Below, piece by piece: positions 49,405 through 60,137 of a DNA stretch of 64,000 nt. A program made the translations under genes and the position numbers. Each line of letters starts with the position of its first letter. Position 1 is the stretch's first letter. Below the pieces are notes generated by a model. The model worked only from the letters and a program-made list of their open reading frames with translations. It was not told where the DNA came from and did no database searches. Source of the stretch: Bacteroidales bacterium (GTDB taxonomy: Bacteria > Bacteroidota > Bacteroidia > Bacteroidales > UBA12077); contig JANQHE010000002.1 in the NCBI GenBank assembly GCA_028282785.1, positions 25,149-89,148 of the forward strand. Direction: 5' to 3'.

Positions 49405-50688
49405 TTAATTTTTTTGTCTTAAAATTCGTATATTATAATCTAATCTAAAAACCCAATAAGCAATAAAATATACTATTAATTTCAAATTCCCTCCTACATC
49501 AGAAAAAGGAAATAATTTCATGCCACCTACCATGCAAAGAGTCATTACAAAATGTAAGAGGATCAATTGATGAAACCTTAGTATGCCATTATATATTTTA
49601 GTTTTGACAATTACAAAAAGGAAAAAAAACAGGAAAATTAAAGATGCTATAATTGGTCCAAAATCAAGCGTAAAATCACCAACAAAAGTAGAAAAAACGG
49701 AGTCATTTATTTTATGATCCGGATACTTGGCCCTTCTTTCCACAAAATTATGAGGAACATTATCAAATCCTAACATACGCTTAAATAAAGGAAAGGTTCT
49801 ATCTCCGTATCTAACACCTCCATTATCTAATCCATAGTTGTTAAAAAACAAATTTCCCTGGCCTCCATAAAAATAAACAGACGCCATTGACCCATGAGTA
49901 CTATCATCAAATCGGCTTACAGTTAAAGCTATAAATGGAATTAAACTTGCTATTATAATATAAACTCCTATTTTTTTTATAATTCTTTTAATTTTAGGCT
50001 GAAAAAATCTTCTTAAGGCAAAATACGTTATAATCATTGAAAGTAATATTGCTAATATAGGTCCACGTTGTCCAAGTGAAATATTAATTAATATTCCCAT
50101 TATACTTGATATAAACAAACCAATTAATATTACTATGTTTCGATTCTTTAAAGTTAAATAATAGAAAAATAGAAGAATACCAAAACTACCATAGGCATTT
50201 GTTACAATTGAAGGCAGATTCGAAATCATTCCATCACCGAGGGAAAATCTTTTAGCCAAACTTTCGTTATATAACTCAAGACCACCCGATGATGTTGTTA
50301 GTAATTTTTTTATGCTGTAAATATATTCAGAAATAATATTTGGCAATTGAATTATTGTGAATAAGATAAGAATTATACTAAATACATTTATATAAACAGC
50401 AGGAATTTTTTGAATCCCATCTATTTTTTTTGCATTAAATTTTAAAACTGGCCAAAATGCTAACATAAGCATCAAATACAAATATATAAATGGAAATAAT
50501 TTGATACGATTAAATTCATAATAATTACTATTATATAAAAGCAATGATGTAATGGCATAGATAAGGTATGAAAACAGAAGAATACTGCCGGCATCAATAT
50601 GCTTTTTTTTAATCTGATAAAAAATAATAGTAACTATCCAAACTAAAATATAGAGAACAATGTTAATATAACTTATTATTGAATCCAT
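49405..50688 (-). CDS. wzy: Polysaccharide repeat-unit polymerase
   Basis: About 11 TM helices, GQRG, VFSTFVGDFTLDFG; adjacent to wzx. Confidence 0.75.
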   Translation of the reverse strand: MDSIISYINIVLYILVWIVTIIFYQIKKKHIDAGSILLFSYLIYAITSLLLYNSNYYEFNRIKLFPFIYLYLMLMLAFWPVLKFNAKKIDGIQKIPAVYINVFSIILILFTIIQLPNIISEYIYSIKKLLTTSSGGLELYNESLAKRFSLGDGMISNLPSIVTNAYGSFGILLFFYYLTLKNRNIVILIGLFISSIMGILINISLGQRGPILAILLSMIITYFALRRFFQPKIKRIIKKIGVYIIIASLIPFIALTVSRFDDSTHGSMASVYFYGGQGNLFFNNYGLDNGGVRYGDRTFPLFKRMLGFDNVPHNFVERRAKYPDHKINDSVFSTFVGDFTLDFGPIIASLIFLFFFLFVIVKTKIYNGILRFHQLILLHFVMTLCMVGGMKLFPFSDVGGNLKLIVYFIAYWVFRLDYNIRILRQKN

Positions 50689-50699
50689 TTATATTATTC

Positions 50700-52229
50700 T
50701 TATTTTCGTTTTATATTGGATATTAATTGTTTAACAATCTCCTTTTCAGATTTTGATAAACCTATAAATAGCACAAAGAATGCAACACTAGAGATAGATA
50801 TAAAAACAACAGCTGTTACTCTTAACAAAATATTTGTAATACTATCATGTACAATATATACTGAAAAAGAAGATAACAATGTAATAACAAATGCCCGTAA
50901 AAGAAATGACTGTATATATTCAGTAAAGCTGAATGGATTATAATACTTTTTTAAAACTATTAGCCTGACTATATGAGATGCAATGGCAGCAATTATCATT
51001 GCAATATAAGTAGTATATGCAGGATAACCCAACTTAAATAATAAATATGTTGCGGGAACACATAAAAGAGTAAAAGTTTCAACGGGAACATGGTATTCTT
51101 TGATATGTCCCGTGGCTTGAATTATGATAGAGATAGGATTATTCAATGCCATAATTATTGCATATACTAAAATGAGTCTTGAAAACAATACTGATTCTGG
51201 TGCAGCTGTTTTAAGCCAGAACAACAAAATATCATCCATCTCAAACATTAAAGGGATACAGACCATTAATAAAATGTAGTAAATTAATTTATTACTGATA
51301 TTAAAAATCTTATTAAGATATGAATAGGACCCTTCAGCGTATGATTTAATCATCTGTGGTTTGATAGCCATTAAAAAGCTTGCTGTAAATGAACTTAAAG
51401 CCATGTTAATCTGCCGGGCTATTGCTCTTGATGCATTAATCACAGGCCCAAAAAAGATATTAACCAATATAGTATTAATTTGAGACATTCCAACTCCAGC
51501 GATTGAACCAAATAAAGACCATCCAGAAAATGAGAGTAATTCTTTAAATAATTTCTTTTCTGTTGGTTTTTTATATCGACACTCAGCATATTTAGTATTA
51601 CCAATCCGGATATATGTTATCAGAACCAATGTAGTAATTAAGAATAAAAAAGCACCATAAATAATTAATTTATCAAATGGTATTATTAAAATCAGAAGAA
51701 TCGCTATCAATTTTAATAAACTTTCTGCAATACTAACCTTAGCAAAAATACCCATGTCTTCGTGGGCAATTACTGCTGAAGAAAATGGAACCTGCATAAT
51801 AACAGAAATGAATGAAAATATTGAGAATTGGTAAATCCAGTTTGCAGCATTCATTCTTTCATCTGGTATAACTAACTGCGTGTTAACAAACCATAAACCA
51901 ACTGTTTCTCCTAAGATTAATACTATAAATGATAAAAGTATATAAATATAGATACTTGTTGAAAATATATTCTGTAGACGTTGTTTATTATTTTGCCCTA
52001 AAGAGTAAGAATAGAATCTCATAGTAGCAGTTTGGAGAACACTGCTTACACTTGAAAGCACTGTAATCACGCCTGCGATAACGTCATAAATCCCATAATC
52101 TTCTATACCTAGTGCATTTAGCAAAAGACGTACAGAGTACAAATTAATGCCCATTACAACCAACATTCTGAAATATAACAGAGTGGTATTATTTGCTATG
52201 CGCTTTGAATTATGAAAATTATCTGACAT
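50700..52229 (-). CDS. wzx: Flippase (Bacteroidota Wzx/MATE-like)
   Basis: KRIANNT.LLYFRM, LGIEDYGIY, IAHEDM, PQMIKSYA. Confidence 0.9.
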   Translation of the reverse strand: MSDNFHNSKRIANNTTLLYFRMLVVMGINLYSVRLLLNALGIEDYGIYDVIAGVITVLSSVSSVLQTATMRFYSYSLGQNNKQRLQNIFSTSIYIYILLSFIVLILGETVGLWFVNTQLVIPDERMNAANWIYQFSIFSFISVIMQVPFSSAVIAHEDMGIFAKVSIAESLLKLIAILLILIIPFDKLIIYGAFLFLITTLVLITYIRIGNTKYAECRYKKPTEKKLFKELLSFSGWSLFGSIAGVGMSQINTILVNIFFGPVINASRAIARQINMALSSFTASFLMAIKPQMIKSYAEGSYSYLNKIFNISNKLIYYILLMVCIPLMFEMDDILLFWLKTAAPESVLFSRLILVYAIIMALNNPISIIIQATGHIKEYHVPVETFTLLCVPATYLLFKLGYPAYTTYIAMIIAAIASHIVRLIVLKKYYNPFSFTEYIQSFLLRAFVITLLSSFSVYIVHDSITNILLRVTAVVFISISSVAFFVLFIGLSKSEKEIVKQLISNIKRK

Positions 52230-52459
52230 TTATATTCTTAAAAATATATTATAATCAATTAAAACTAAGGAATTACTTAAACAAACTAAAAATAATCTGC
52301 TTGAATATAATTTTAGGAAATTTAAATCTATCTGGTTTTTAAAGTTAGGGGTCCAATTTAATCTGGCTTATAAATATATCTTACATATGTTCCTCTACGA
52401 ATAATAATATAACATAAAAACCTAATACATCCAACTTCTAACATTATTAATTTTTTTCA

Positions 52460-53338
52460 TTATTTAAATCTTGTAATATTTATTAAATATTGACCATATT
52501 GGTTCTTTGCTAAAGGTTTTGCTAATTCTAATAATTGTTCTTTTGTTATGTATTTCTTATAATAAGCTATTTCTTCTAAACAAGCTATTTTTAGACCTTG
52601 TCTTGTTTCTATTGTTTCAACAAATCTACTAGCATCAAGAAGAGATTCATGAGTTCCAGTATCTAACCACGCATAACCTCTGCCCATTAATTCCACCTTT
52701 AACCTTTTTCTTTTCAGGTATTCTTGATTTACAGTTGTTATCTCCAGCTCACCTCTAGCAGATGGTTTAATATTTTTTGCAATCTCAACTACTTCATTTG
52801 TATAAAAGTACAAACCAACAACAGCGTAATTCGACTTTGGATTATTGGGTTTTTCTTCTATTGAAATTACGTTTCCTTCTTGATTAAACTCGGCAACTCC
52901 ATATCTTTCCGGATCATTTACCCAATAACCAAATACAGTTGCCATTTTATCTTCTTCTACATTTCCAATAGCCTTTTTAAGAAGATTTGTAAAGCCTTGT
53001 CCATAGAAGATATTGTCACCTAATACTAAACATATATCATCATCTCCAATAAATTTATCACCAATAATGAAAGCCTGAGCTAAACCATCAGGAGAAGGTT
53101 GTTCTGCATATGAAAAATTTACACCCAGTTCTTCTCCTGAACCAAGTATTTTTTTAAAATGTGGTAAGTCATGTGGAGTAGAAATTATCAGAATTTCTCT
53201 AATCCCTGCTAACATTAATACAGAAATCGGATAATAAATCATAGGCTTATCATAAACCGGTAACATTTGTTTTGAAATAACTTTTGTAATTGGATATAAT
53301 CTTGTTCCTGAACCTCCTGCTAAAACAATTCCTTTCAT
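52460..53338 (-). CDS. rfbA: Glucose-1-phosphate thymidylyltransferase, copy 2
   Basis: [33 protein letters not shown]. Confidence 0.97.
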   Translation of the reverse strand: MKGIVLAGGSGTRLYPITKVISKQMLPVYDKPMIYYPISVLMLAGIREILIISTPHDLPHFKKILGSGEELGVNFSYAEQPSPDGLAQAFIIGDKFIGDDDICLVLGDNIFYGQGFTNLLKKAIGNVEEDKMATVFGYWVNDPERYGVAEFNQEGNVISIEEKPNNPKSNYAVVGLYFYTNEVVEIAKNIKPSARGELEITTVNQEYLKRKRLKVELMGRGYAWLDTGTHESLLDASRFVETIETRQGLKIACLEEIAYYKKYITKEQLLELAKPLAKNQYGQYLINITRFK

Positions 53339-53340
53339 AA

Positions 53341-54396
53341 TTATCTTAAGTTATATTGTTTATTGTAATACTCCTGATAATCTCCACTTATAATATTTTC
53401 TAACCAATCTTTATTTTGCAGATACCAATTAATTGTTTTTTCAATTCCTTCCTCAAACTGTAAAGATGGATTCCAGCCTAATTCCTCCGAGATTTTAGTT
53501 GAATCAATAGCATATCTCATGTCATGTCCTGCCCTATCCTTAACATAAGTTATTAATTGTTCTGATTCTCCAATCTCTCTACCTAACTTCTTATCCATCA
53601 CCTTACAAATTACTTTTATAAGATCAATATTCTTCCATTCATTAAAACCACCAATATTATAAGTTTCTCCATTTCTTCCCTTGTGAAAAACAATATCTAT
53701 TGCTCTCGCGTGATCTTCTACATATAGCCAATCTCTTATATTCTCACCTTTCCCATACACAGGAAGTGGTTTTTTATTTTGAATATTATTAATAAATAAA
53801 GGAATAAGTTTTTCTGGAAATTGATTTGGTCCGTAATTATTAGAACAGTTTGTTATCACAACAGGTAAACCATACGTATTGTTGTAAGCTCTCACAAAAT
53901 GATCTGAGCTTGCCTTTGCCGCAGAATACGGAGATTTTGGATCATAAGGTGTATCTTCTAAAAATAATCCTGTGTCACCTAAAGATCCATATACTTCATC
54001 CGTTGAGATATGATAAAATAGTTTATCTTCCAAGTCATTTAGCCAGCTATTCTTTGCCTGATTTAATAAAGTTAGCGTTCCAAGAATATTAGTTTGAGCA
54101 AATTCAAATGGATTTGTAATAGATCTATCAACATGCGACTCTGCAGCTAAGTGAATTACTGAATCAACTGTATAGGTTTCAAACACTTCTTTAACTTTAT
54201 CAATGTCGCAAATATCAGCTTTTACAAACTTGTAGTTTGGATGATTTTCAATTTCCTTTAAATTTTCCAAATTACCTGCATATGTCAATTTATCCATATT
54301 AATAATGTTATAGTTTGGATAATTATTCACAAGTAATTTAACTACATGGCAGCCAATAAATCCTGCACCTCCTGTTATTAAAATATTTTTTTTCAT
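53341..54396 (-). CDS. rfbB: dTDP-glucose 4,6-dehydratase, copy 2
   Basis: [39 protein letters not shown]. Confidence 0.97.
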   Translation of the reverse strand: MKKNILITGGAGFIGCHVVKLLVNNYPNYNIINMDKLTYAGNLENLKEIENHPNYKFVKADICDIDKVKEVFETYTVDSVIHLAAESHVDRSITNPFEFAQTNILGTLTLLNQAKNSWLNDLEDKLFYHISTDEVYGSLGDTGLFLEDTPYDPKSPYSAAKASSDHFVRAYNNTYGLPVVITNCSNNYGPNQFPEKLIPLFINNIQNKKPLPVYGKGENIRDWLYVEDHARAIDIVFHKGRNGETYNIGGFNEWKNIDLIKVICKVMDKKLGREIGESEQLITYVKDRAGHDMRYAIDSTKISEELGWNPSLQFEEGIEKTINWYLQNKDWLENIISGDYQEYYNKQYNLR

Positions 54397-54400
54397 AAAC

Positions 54401-55690
54401 TTATAAAGTCCAATAATTCAATTCATTTATTTTATCTCTATAAATTCCCTTAATATCAACAAAGAAAGCATTTTCATTTGTTATTGATTTAAAGAAATTT
54501 TCATCTAAATCTTTATATTTATCATGACTTACAGCTACGATAACTACATCATAATTATTACCGATTTTTTCATTTAATTCAAAGTTGTATTCTTCTTTAA
54601 CTTCCTTAGCATCAGCAAAAGGATCAACTACCTCAATACCGACTCCATAAGATAACAGCTCTCGATAAACGTCTATAACCTTTGAATTGCGAATATCACT
54701 AACATCTTCCTTGAATGTTACCCCCATAATTAAAACTTTTGATCTTTGTATGTGCTTGCCTGCCTTTACTAGTTTCTTAACAATTTGTTTTGCAACATAA
54801 CCACCCATAGAATCATTTATAAATCTACCAGAGTTAATCATTTGTGCATGATAACCTAATTCTTTGGATTTATGTAGTAAATAATAAGGATCTACGTCAA
54901 TACAGTGACCTCCGACAAGCCCCGGGAAAAATTTAAGAAAGTTCCATTTTGTTCCAGCTGCTTCCAATACTTCAAACGTGTTTATATTCATTCTATTAAA
55001 AATTATTGAAAGTTCATTCATGAAAGCAATATTAATATCCCGTTGGGTATTTTCTATAATTTTAGAAGCTTCTGCAACTTTAATTGAACTTGCCCTATGA
55101 ACGCCTGCCTCTATAACTAACTCATATACTTTGGCAATATTTTCAGCTGATTCCTCATCACACCCAGATGATACCTTAACTATTGTTGTTAATGTATTTA
55201 CCTTATCTCCCGGATTAATTCGCTCAGGAGAAAAACCCACTTTAAACTGTTCTATATATTTTAATCCTGATTCTTTTTCTAAAACTGGCACACAATCTTC
55301 TTCAGTTGCACCAGGGTAAACAGTAGATTCATAAACCACATAATCACCTTCTTTCATTACTTCTCCAACCGTTTTTGATGCCGCTAAAACAGGCCGCATA
55401 TCAGGTAAATTATGGTCATCTATAGGCGTAGGAACTGCAATAATATAAAAATTCGCTTCTCTTAAATCTTCTATATTTGCTGTAAATTTTATGTCACATT
55501 CATTAAATGCTTCAGAAGGTAATTCTCTACTAGGATCAACTTTATTCTTCATCATCTCAACTCTATCTTCCTTAATATCAAAACCTATTACAGGTATTTT
55601 TTTAGCAAATTCAAGTGCTATTGGCAGCCCAACATATCCCAAGCCAATTACTGCTAATTTTGCTTCTTTATTAACTAATTTATTATACAT
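54401..55690 (-). CDS. UDP-HexNAc 6-dehydrogenase (WbpO/TviB-like), copy 2
   Basis: [35 protein letters not shown]. Confidence 0.9.
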   Translation of the reverse strand: MYNKLVNKEAKLAVIGLGYVGLPIALEFAKKIPVIGFDIKEDRVEMMKNKVDPSRELPSEAFNECDIKFTANIEDLREANFYIIAVPTPIDDHNLPDMRPVLAASKTVGEVMKEGDYVVYESTVYPGATEEDCVPVLEKESGLKYIEQFKVGFSPERINPGDKVNTLTTIVKVSSGCDEESAENIAKVYELVIEAGVHRASSIKVAEASKIIENTQRDINIAFMNELSIIFNRMNINTFEVLEAAGTKWNFLKFFPGLVGGHCIDVDPYYLLHKSKELGYHAQMINSGRFINDSMGGYVAKQIVKKLVKAGKHIQRSKVLIMGVTFKEDVSDIRNSKVIDVYRELLSYGVGIEVVDPFADAKEVKEEYNFELNEKIGNNYDVVIVAVSHDKYKDLDENFFKSITNENAFFVDIKGIYRDKINELNYWTL

Positions 55691-55995
55691 AATTTAAGTA
55701 TTTAATATACTTTTTAAATACTTTTTCAATTCCAGTTTGTAAATCAACTTTTTTCTTCCACCCTAAATTATTTAATTTAGATATATCTAATAATTTTTGT
55801 GGTGTACCATTCGGTTTGTTTTCATCCCAAATTACTTCACCTACATATCCTACTATTTTTTGAACCAATTCGGCCAATTCCTTAATGGAGATGTCTTTGC
55901 CAGTTCCTATGTTGATATGTGTATTTCGTACTTCTTTTTTATTATCTTTTAAGTCTGCAAAGTTAATATTTTGTCCACGAATTACACGAATTAAC
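55683..55995 (-). pseudogene. fcl: Internally deleted fcl paralogue preceded by a nonamer repeat arm
   Basis: Minus strand AATTCGTGTAATTCGTGGACAAAATAT, then [34 protein letters not shown]...[11 protein letters not shown], matching the C-terminus of 57498..58589. Confidence 0.85.
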
Positions 55996-56111
55996 TCAAA
56001 TAAAAAATTGTTACAGTTTCTTCGTTTATAAAATACACTTTCAGTAGCAACATGACCGTTTTTCTTTGCTTTTTCGACAGAATTCCTGATTCTAACAACT
56101 CCTTTATTTAA

Positions 56112-57290
56112 TTAATAAATTGTGCCACCAAATATAAAATCATCAAATCCACTTCCTGCTATTTCCAAACCAACAAGAAAAGATTTCCTGATATTTATGC
56201 TTTTTGCTCTTCTTTTTAAGGTTTTTAAATCACTTAATGTAGGTGTTTCTTTTACTTCTATGGCAACATTCTCATCTAAAATAAAATCTATTTCCTGTCC
56301 TGTTTTTTTCGCATAATAATTTAGATTCCCTTTTAAACTTAGTTGGTTTGCTATTGAATTTTCAAAAATAGCACCACTATTGATTTTTGAAAATGTATTT
56401 AAGATTCCATTATCGGAAAAATATAATTTACTTTGAAGAGCAATCTCCCTGTCTTTATTCGTTACAAAAGGTTTTATTAATTTGATGAAATATGTGTTTT
56501 CTAAAAATAATAAATACTCCTTAATTTTATGCCGGTTGATCCCAACAAGGCTTGCAAGCTTTGAGTAATCAATTTTACTTCCAACCCTTGAGCTTAGTAG
56601 TTTTATGACTTTATATAACTCATCTGCATCTGTAAAATCAGATAAAAATAAAATATCAAATTTTATGTATGAATCCGTAATATCTCGTAATAGAGAAAGT
56701 TTATCCTTCACATTTTCTTCCAATACAACTTCAGGGAATCCACCAAAGCGCAAGTATTCCCGATACAATTGCTGATATTTAGATATGAAATTTTTATTTG
56801 TTTTTTTTAGGACAAAAGAGGGCAATTTTGCTCTCTGATTCTTAAAGCGTAAAAACTCACCAAAACTCAATGGCCATAATTCATAAATTCGCTTCCGGCC
56901 TGCCAAGCTTTCACTGAAAGCACCTTTCATATAGAAAGAACTTGACCCACTTACAATAAACTTTACCTCATAATGATCATATACATATTTTATAAAACTT
57001 GCAATATTTTTTATCAGCTGTATTTCATCTAAAAAGATATAAGCTTTTTCATTAAAATCAATTCCTTCTATTTCTAAAGATCTAATTATCTCATCATATT
57101 TATCAATATTGAATATGTGACGAAATTCAATCTTTTCAAGATCCAAAAATACTTTATTATTACTTTCAATTTTGTCAAATAACAAATTTAGGGCCGTTGT
57201 TTTCCCAACCCTTCTTAATCCAGTAATAGCAACAACCTGCTTTATTTCTAAGGATTCTTCTAATTCAGGATATATATCACGGTTTATCAT
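56112..57290 (-). CDS. AAA_14 ATPase with DUF4143 C-terminal domain
   Basis: Walker A GLRRVGKT, Walker B IFLDEIQ, ESLAGR, GGFPE, EIDFIL...AIEVK. Confidence 0.9.
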   Translation of the reverse strand: MINRDIYPELEESLEIKQVVAITGLRRVGKTTALNLLFDKIESNNKVFLDLEKIEFRHIFNIDKYDEIIRSLEIEGIDFNEKAYIFLDEIQLIKNIASFIKYVYDHYEVKFIVSGSSSFYMKGAFSESLAGRKRIYELWPLSFGEFLRFKNQRAKLPSFVLKKTNKNFISKYQQLYREYLRFGGFPEVVLEENVKDKLSLLRDITDSYIKFDILFLSDFTDADELYKVIKLLSSRVGSKIDYSKLASLVGINRHKIKEYLLFLENTYFIKLIKPFVTNKDREIALQSKLYFSDNGILNTFSKINSGAIFENSIANQLSLKGNLNYYAKKTGQEIDFILDENVAIEVKETPTLSDLKTLKRRAKSINIRKSFLVGLEIAGSGFDDFIFGGTIY

Positions 57291-57497
57291 TGGGCTAATT
57301 TACAAATAAATATACTAAATTAAAAATAAATATACATATAATAACACTATTTGTAATTACAAATTACATATAGTTATATTTTATACATTTACTCTATGCA
57401 CAAAGCTATATTTATTGTGGTAAATATTTACTAAATTTTGCAGAACTCTTTTCGTATTTTATAAAAGACAGAACCATAAGAATCGCATCAAAACAGA

Positions 57498-58589
57498 TTA
57501 TCCAAAATAATTTTGATACACTTTTGCAATTCCTACTCGCAAGCTTATCTTATCTTTCCAACCTAAAGAGTTTAATTTTGATACATCCAACAATTTTTGG
57601 GGAGTGCCGTCAGGCTTAGAACCATCCCAATTTATATTTCCTTCAAAACCAACTATTTCTTTTATCAGTTCAGCTAATTCTTTAATGGAAATATCTTTCC
57701 CTGTTCCAATATTGATATGAGTATTCCTTACTTCCTTTTTATCTGCTTTTAAATCTGCGAAGTTAGTATTTTCCATTAAAAATACACAAGCATCTGCTAA
57801 ATCATCCGAATAGAGGAATTCGCGGCGGGGAGATCCAGTGCCCCACAAAGTAATCTGAGTTTTGAGTTTCGAGTTTCGAGTTTCGAGTTTTATACCATAC
57901 TTTAATAACTTATTTTTTATCTCTGTTTCAGATGACTTTCCATCAATTTCTTCGATTGGAAGTTTATCTAAATCTGTTCTAATACCATCCCAGTCATTTT
58001 CCATTAAACATTTACCAAGATGCATTTTGCGGATGATGGCTGGTAAAACATGTGATTTTTCTAAATCATAATTATCATTGGGGCCATATAAATTGGTTGG
58101 CATCACAGAAATAAAGTTTGTACCATATTGTAAATTGTAGGATTCACACATTTTTATTCCAGTTATTTTCGCAATAGCATATGGTTCGTTGGTATATTCC
58201 AAAGTATCTGTTAACAAGTATTCCTCTTTCATAGGTTGAGGACAGTTTTTAGGATATATACATGATGAACCTAAGAATAAGAGCTTTTTGGCCCCACATT
58301 TATAACTAAAATGAATGATGTTGTTTTGAATTTGCAGGTTATCATATATAAATTCCGCACGATAAGTATTATTGGCAACTATTCCACCTACTTTAGCTGC
58401 TGCCAAAAACACATACTCAGGTTTTTCCTTTTCAAAGAATAACTCAACTTGGTTTTGGTCCCGTAAATCATATTCAGGATAAGGAGTAAATACAAAATTG
58501 GAATATCCTTTGGATTCTAAGTTTCTTAAAATGGAGCTACCTACTAATCCTGTATGTCCAGCTATGTATATTTTGTCCTCGAATTTCAC
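57498..58589 (-). CDS. fcl: GDP-L-fucose synthase
   Basis: [49 protein letters not shown]; GTG start. Confidence 0.95.
   Translation of the reverse strand: MKFEDKIYIAGHTGLVGSSILRNLESKGYSNFVFTPYPEYDLRDQNQVELFFEKEKPEYVFLAAAKVGGIVANNTYRAEFIYDNLQIQNNIIHFSYKCGAKKLLFLGSSCIYPKNCPQPMKEEYLLTDTLEYTNEPYAIAKITGIKMCESYNLQYGTNFISVMPTNLYGPNDNYDLEKSHVLPAIIRKMHLGKCLMENDWDGIRTDLDKLPIEEIDGKSSETEIKNKLLKYGIKLETRNSKLKTQITLWGTGSPRREFLYSDDLADACVFLMENTNFADLKADKKEVRNTHINIGTGKDISIKELAELIKEIVGFEGNINWDGSKPDGTPQKLLDVSKLNSLGWKDKISLRVGIAKVYQNYFG
57856..57890 (-). repeat. Heptamer tandem repeat inside fcl
   Basis: (AAACTCG)3(AAACTCA)2 on the coding strand, translated within [12 protein letters not shown]. Confidence 0.85.
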
Positions 58590-59113
58590 TAATTTATCTA
58601 ATTTTTGTTCACTAATATAGATATTTAAAAGATGAAACGTTAATATTGCAAACTTTTTGATCCAAAATTAATTAGTAAACCTAATTTAAATGTCGAAGCT
58701 TTCAAATAATTTAAAATTTGAGCTTCATGCTCAGGTGATATTTCGGATAATGCTTTTAGTTCCACAATTATTTTATTAAAACAATTAAAGTCTGCTCGAT
58801 ACTTTTTACATAATTTCTGCTCTTTGTAATAGATATCAATCTCCTGTTCTCTTTTAAATGGAATACCTTGACTTTTTAATTCTAATTCAAAAGCTTCTTG
58901 ATATACAGTCTCCAAAAATCCACAACTCAACTGTTTATGCACCTCCATCGCTGCACCTATTATTCTATATGCTTCTTCTTTATATTAATTCAACTATGTT
59001 CCTCTATACACGAATTAAACTAAACATCCAATAATTCCACAAATTACGTTAACTACATATATAGACAAATTATCATTTAAAGAAATTAGTGATCATTCGC
59101 GTAATCTGTGGAC
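58575..59113 (-). mobile_element. GxxExxY cassette bounded by 9-nt-periodic inverted arms
   Basis: Minus-strand left arm GTCCACAGATTACGCGAATGATCACTAATT (59113-59084); right arm AATTAGATAAATTAGTGAAATTCGAGGAC (58603-58575); mobility is inferred. Confidence 0.55.
58625..58995 (-). pseudogene. GxxExxY protein (PD-(D/E)XK-like), disrupted
   Basis: YKEEAYRIIGAAMEVHKQLSCGFLETVYQEA...YRADF...IIVELKA...GLLINFG; in-frame TAA before YKEE and premature TAA in LQY*RFIF*. Confidence 0.85.
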
Positions 59114-60136
59114 TACTTTTTCATAATCAGCCTTTACCATTAATCGGGCTAATTCATTAAACTTAACTTTGGGTTCCCAACCTAACTCTGTTTTAGCCTT
59201 TGTATAATCTCCAATTAATAAATCTACTTCCGTAGGCCTAAAATACCTTGGATTGATTCCAACTACCTTTTTTCCCGACGATTTCAAGATTCCAATTTCT
59301 TCTTTGCCCTTACCTTCCCAAATAATCTCTTCGTTAAAATATCCAAAACAAGCTTCTACAAATTCTCGAACCGTATGCGTTTCATTGGTTGCTAAAACAT
59401 AATCATCCGGTTTATCAGACTGCAGTATTCTCCACATGCCTTCCGCAAACTCCGGAGCATATCCCCAATCTCTTTTAGCATCAAGGTTTCCTAACAATAA
59501 CACTTCATCAATACCAGCCATAATTTTTGCCACTGCAACAGAAATTTTCCGAGTAACAAAAGTCTTTCCCCTTCTTTCAGATTCATGATTGAATAAAATA
59601 CCATTACTTGCAAATAAATCATAAGCTTCTCTATAATTAACCACAATCCAATAAGCATATAACTTTGCTGCAGCATAAGGACTTCTTGGATAGAAAGGTG
59701 TTTTCTCTGTTTGTGGTATTTCCTGCACCTTACCATATAATTCTGACGTTGAAGCCTGGTAAAACTTAGTGTCTATACCTGTTTCTTTAATTGCATCTAA
59801 AAAACGTAATGTGCCAACTCCGTCAACCTCAGCAGTATATTCAGGAACTTCAAAAGAAACCTGCACATGTGACTGAGCTCCTAAATTATATATTTCATTT
59901 GGATTAATCTTCTCAACTAATCTATTTAAATTACTGGAATCAGTTAAATCCCCGTAATGTAGAAACATTTTTTTGTTAAGAATATCAGGATCTTTATATA
60001 AATGGTCAATTCTAAATGTATTGAACGAACTGGCTCTTCTTATTATTCCATGAACCTCATAACCTTTTTCTAATAAAAGTTCTGTTAAATAAGATCCATC
60101 CTGTCCTGTAATACCTGATATTAATGCTTTCTTCAT
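59093..60136 (-). CDS. gmd: GDP-mannose 4,6-dehydratase
   Basis: [41 protein letters not shown]. Confidence 0.97.
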   Translation of the reverse strand: MKKALISGITGQDGSYLTELLLEKGYEVHGIIRRASSFNTFRIDHLYKDPDILNKKMFLHYGDLTDSSNLNRLVEKINPNEIYNLGAQSHVQVSFEVPEYTAEVDGVGTLRFLDAIKETGIDTKFYQASTSELYGKVQEIPQTEKTPFYPRSPYAAAKLYAYWIVVNYREAYDLFASNGILFNHESERRGKTFVTRKISVAVAKIMAGIDEVLLLGNLDAKRDWGYAPEFAEGMWRILQSDKPDDYVLATNETHTVREFVEACFGYFNEEIIWEGKGKEEIGILKSSGKKVVGINPRYFRPTEVDLLIGDYTKAKTELGWEPKVKFNELARLMVKADYEKVVHRLRE

Positions 60137-60137
60137 A

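Noticed and set aside
52230-52459. Possible decayed epimerase gene (ATG AAA AAA ATT..., LNWTPNF) between rfbA2 and wzx
   Set aside because: Multiple stops and too little similarity to support by eye
55996-56110. Minus-strand fragment IKELLESGILSKK...VYFINEETVTIF resembling a Fic-family wHTH C-terminus
   Set aside because: Short, with no start codon and only impressionistic similarity; needs BLASTX
58575-59113. Integron cassette with attC sites
   Set aside because: Ends are GTCC/GGAC rather than GTT/AAC cores, the arms enclose the gene rather than follow it, and no integrase is present
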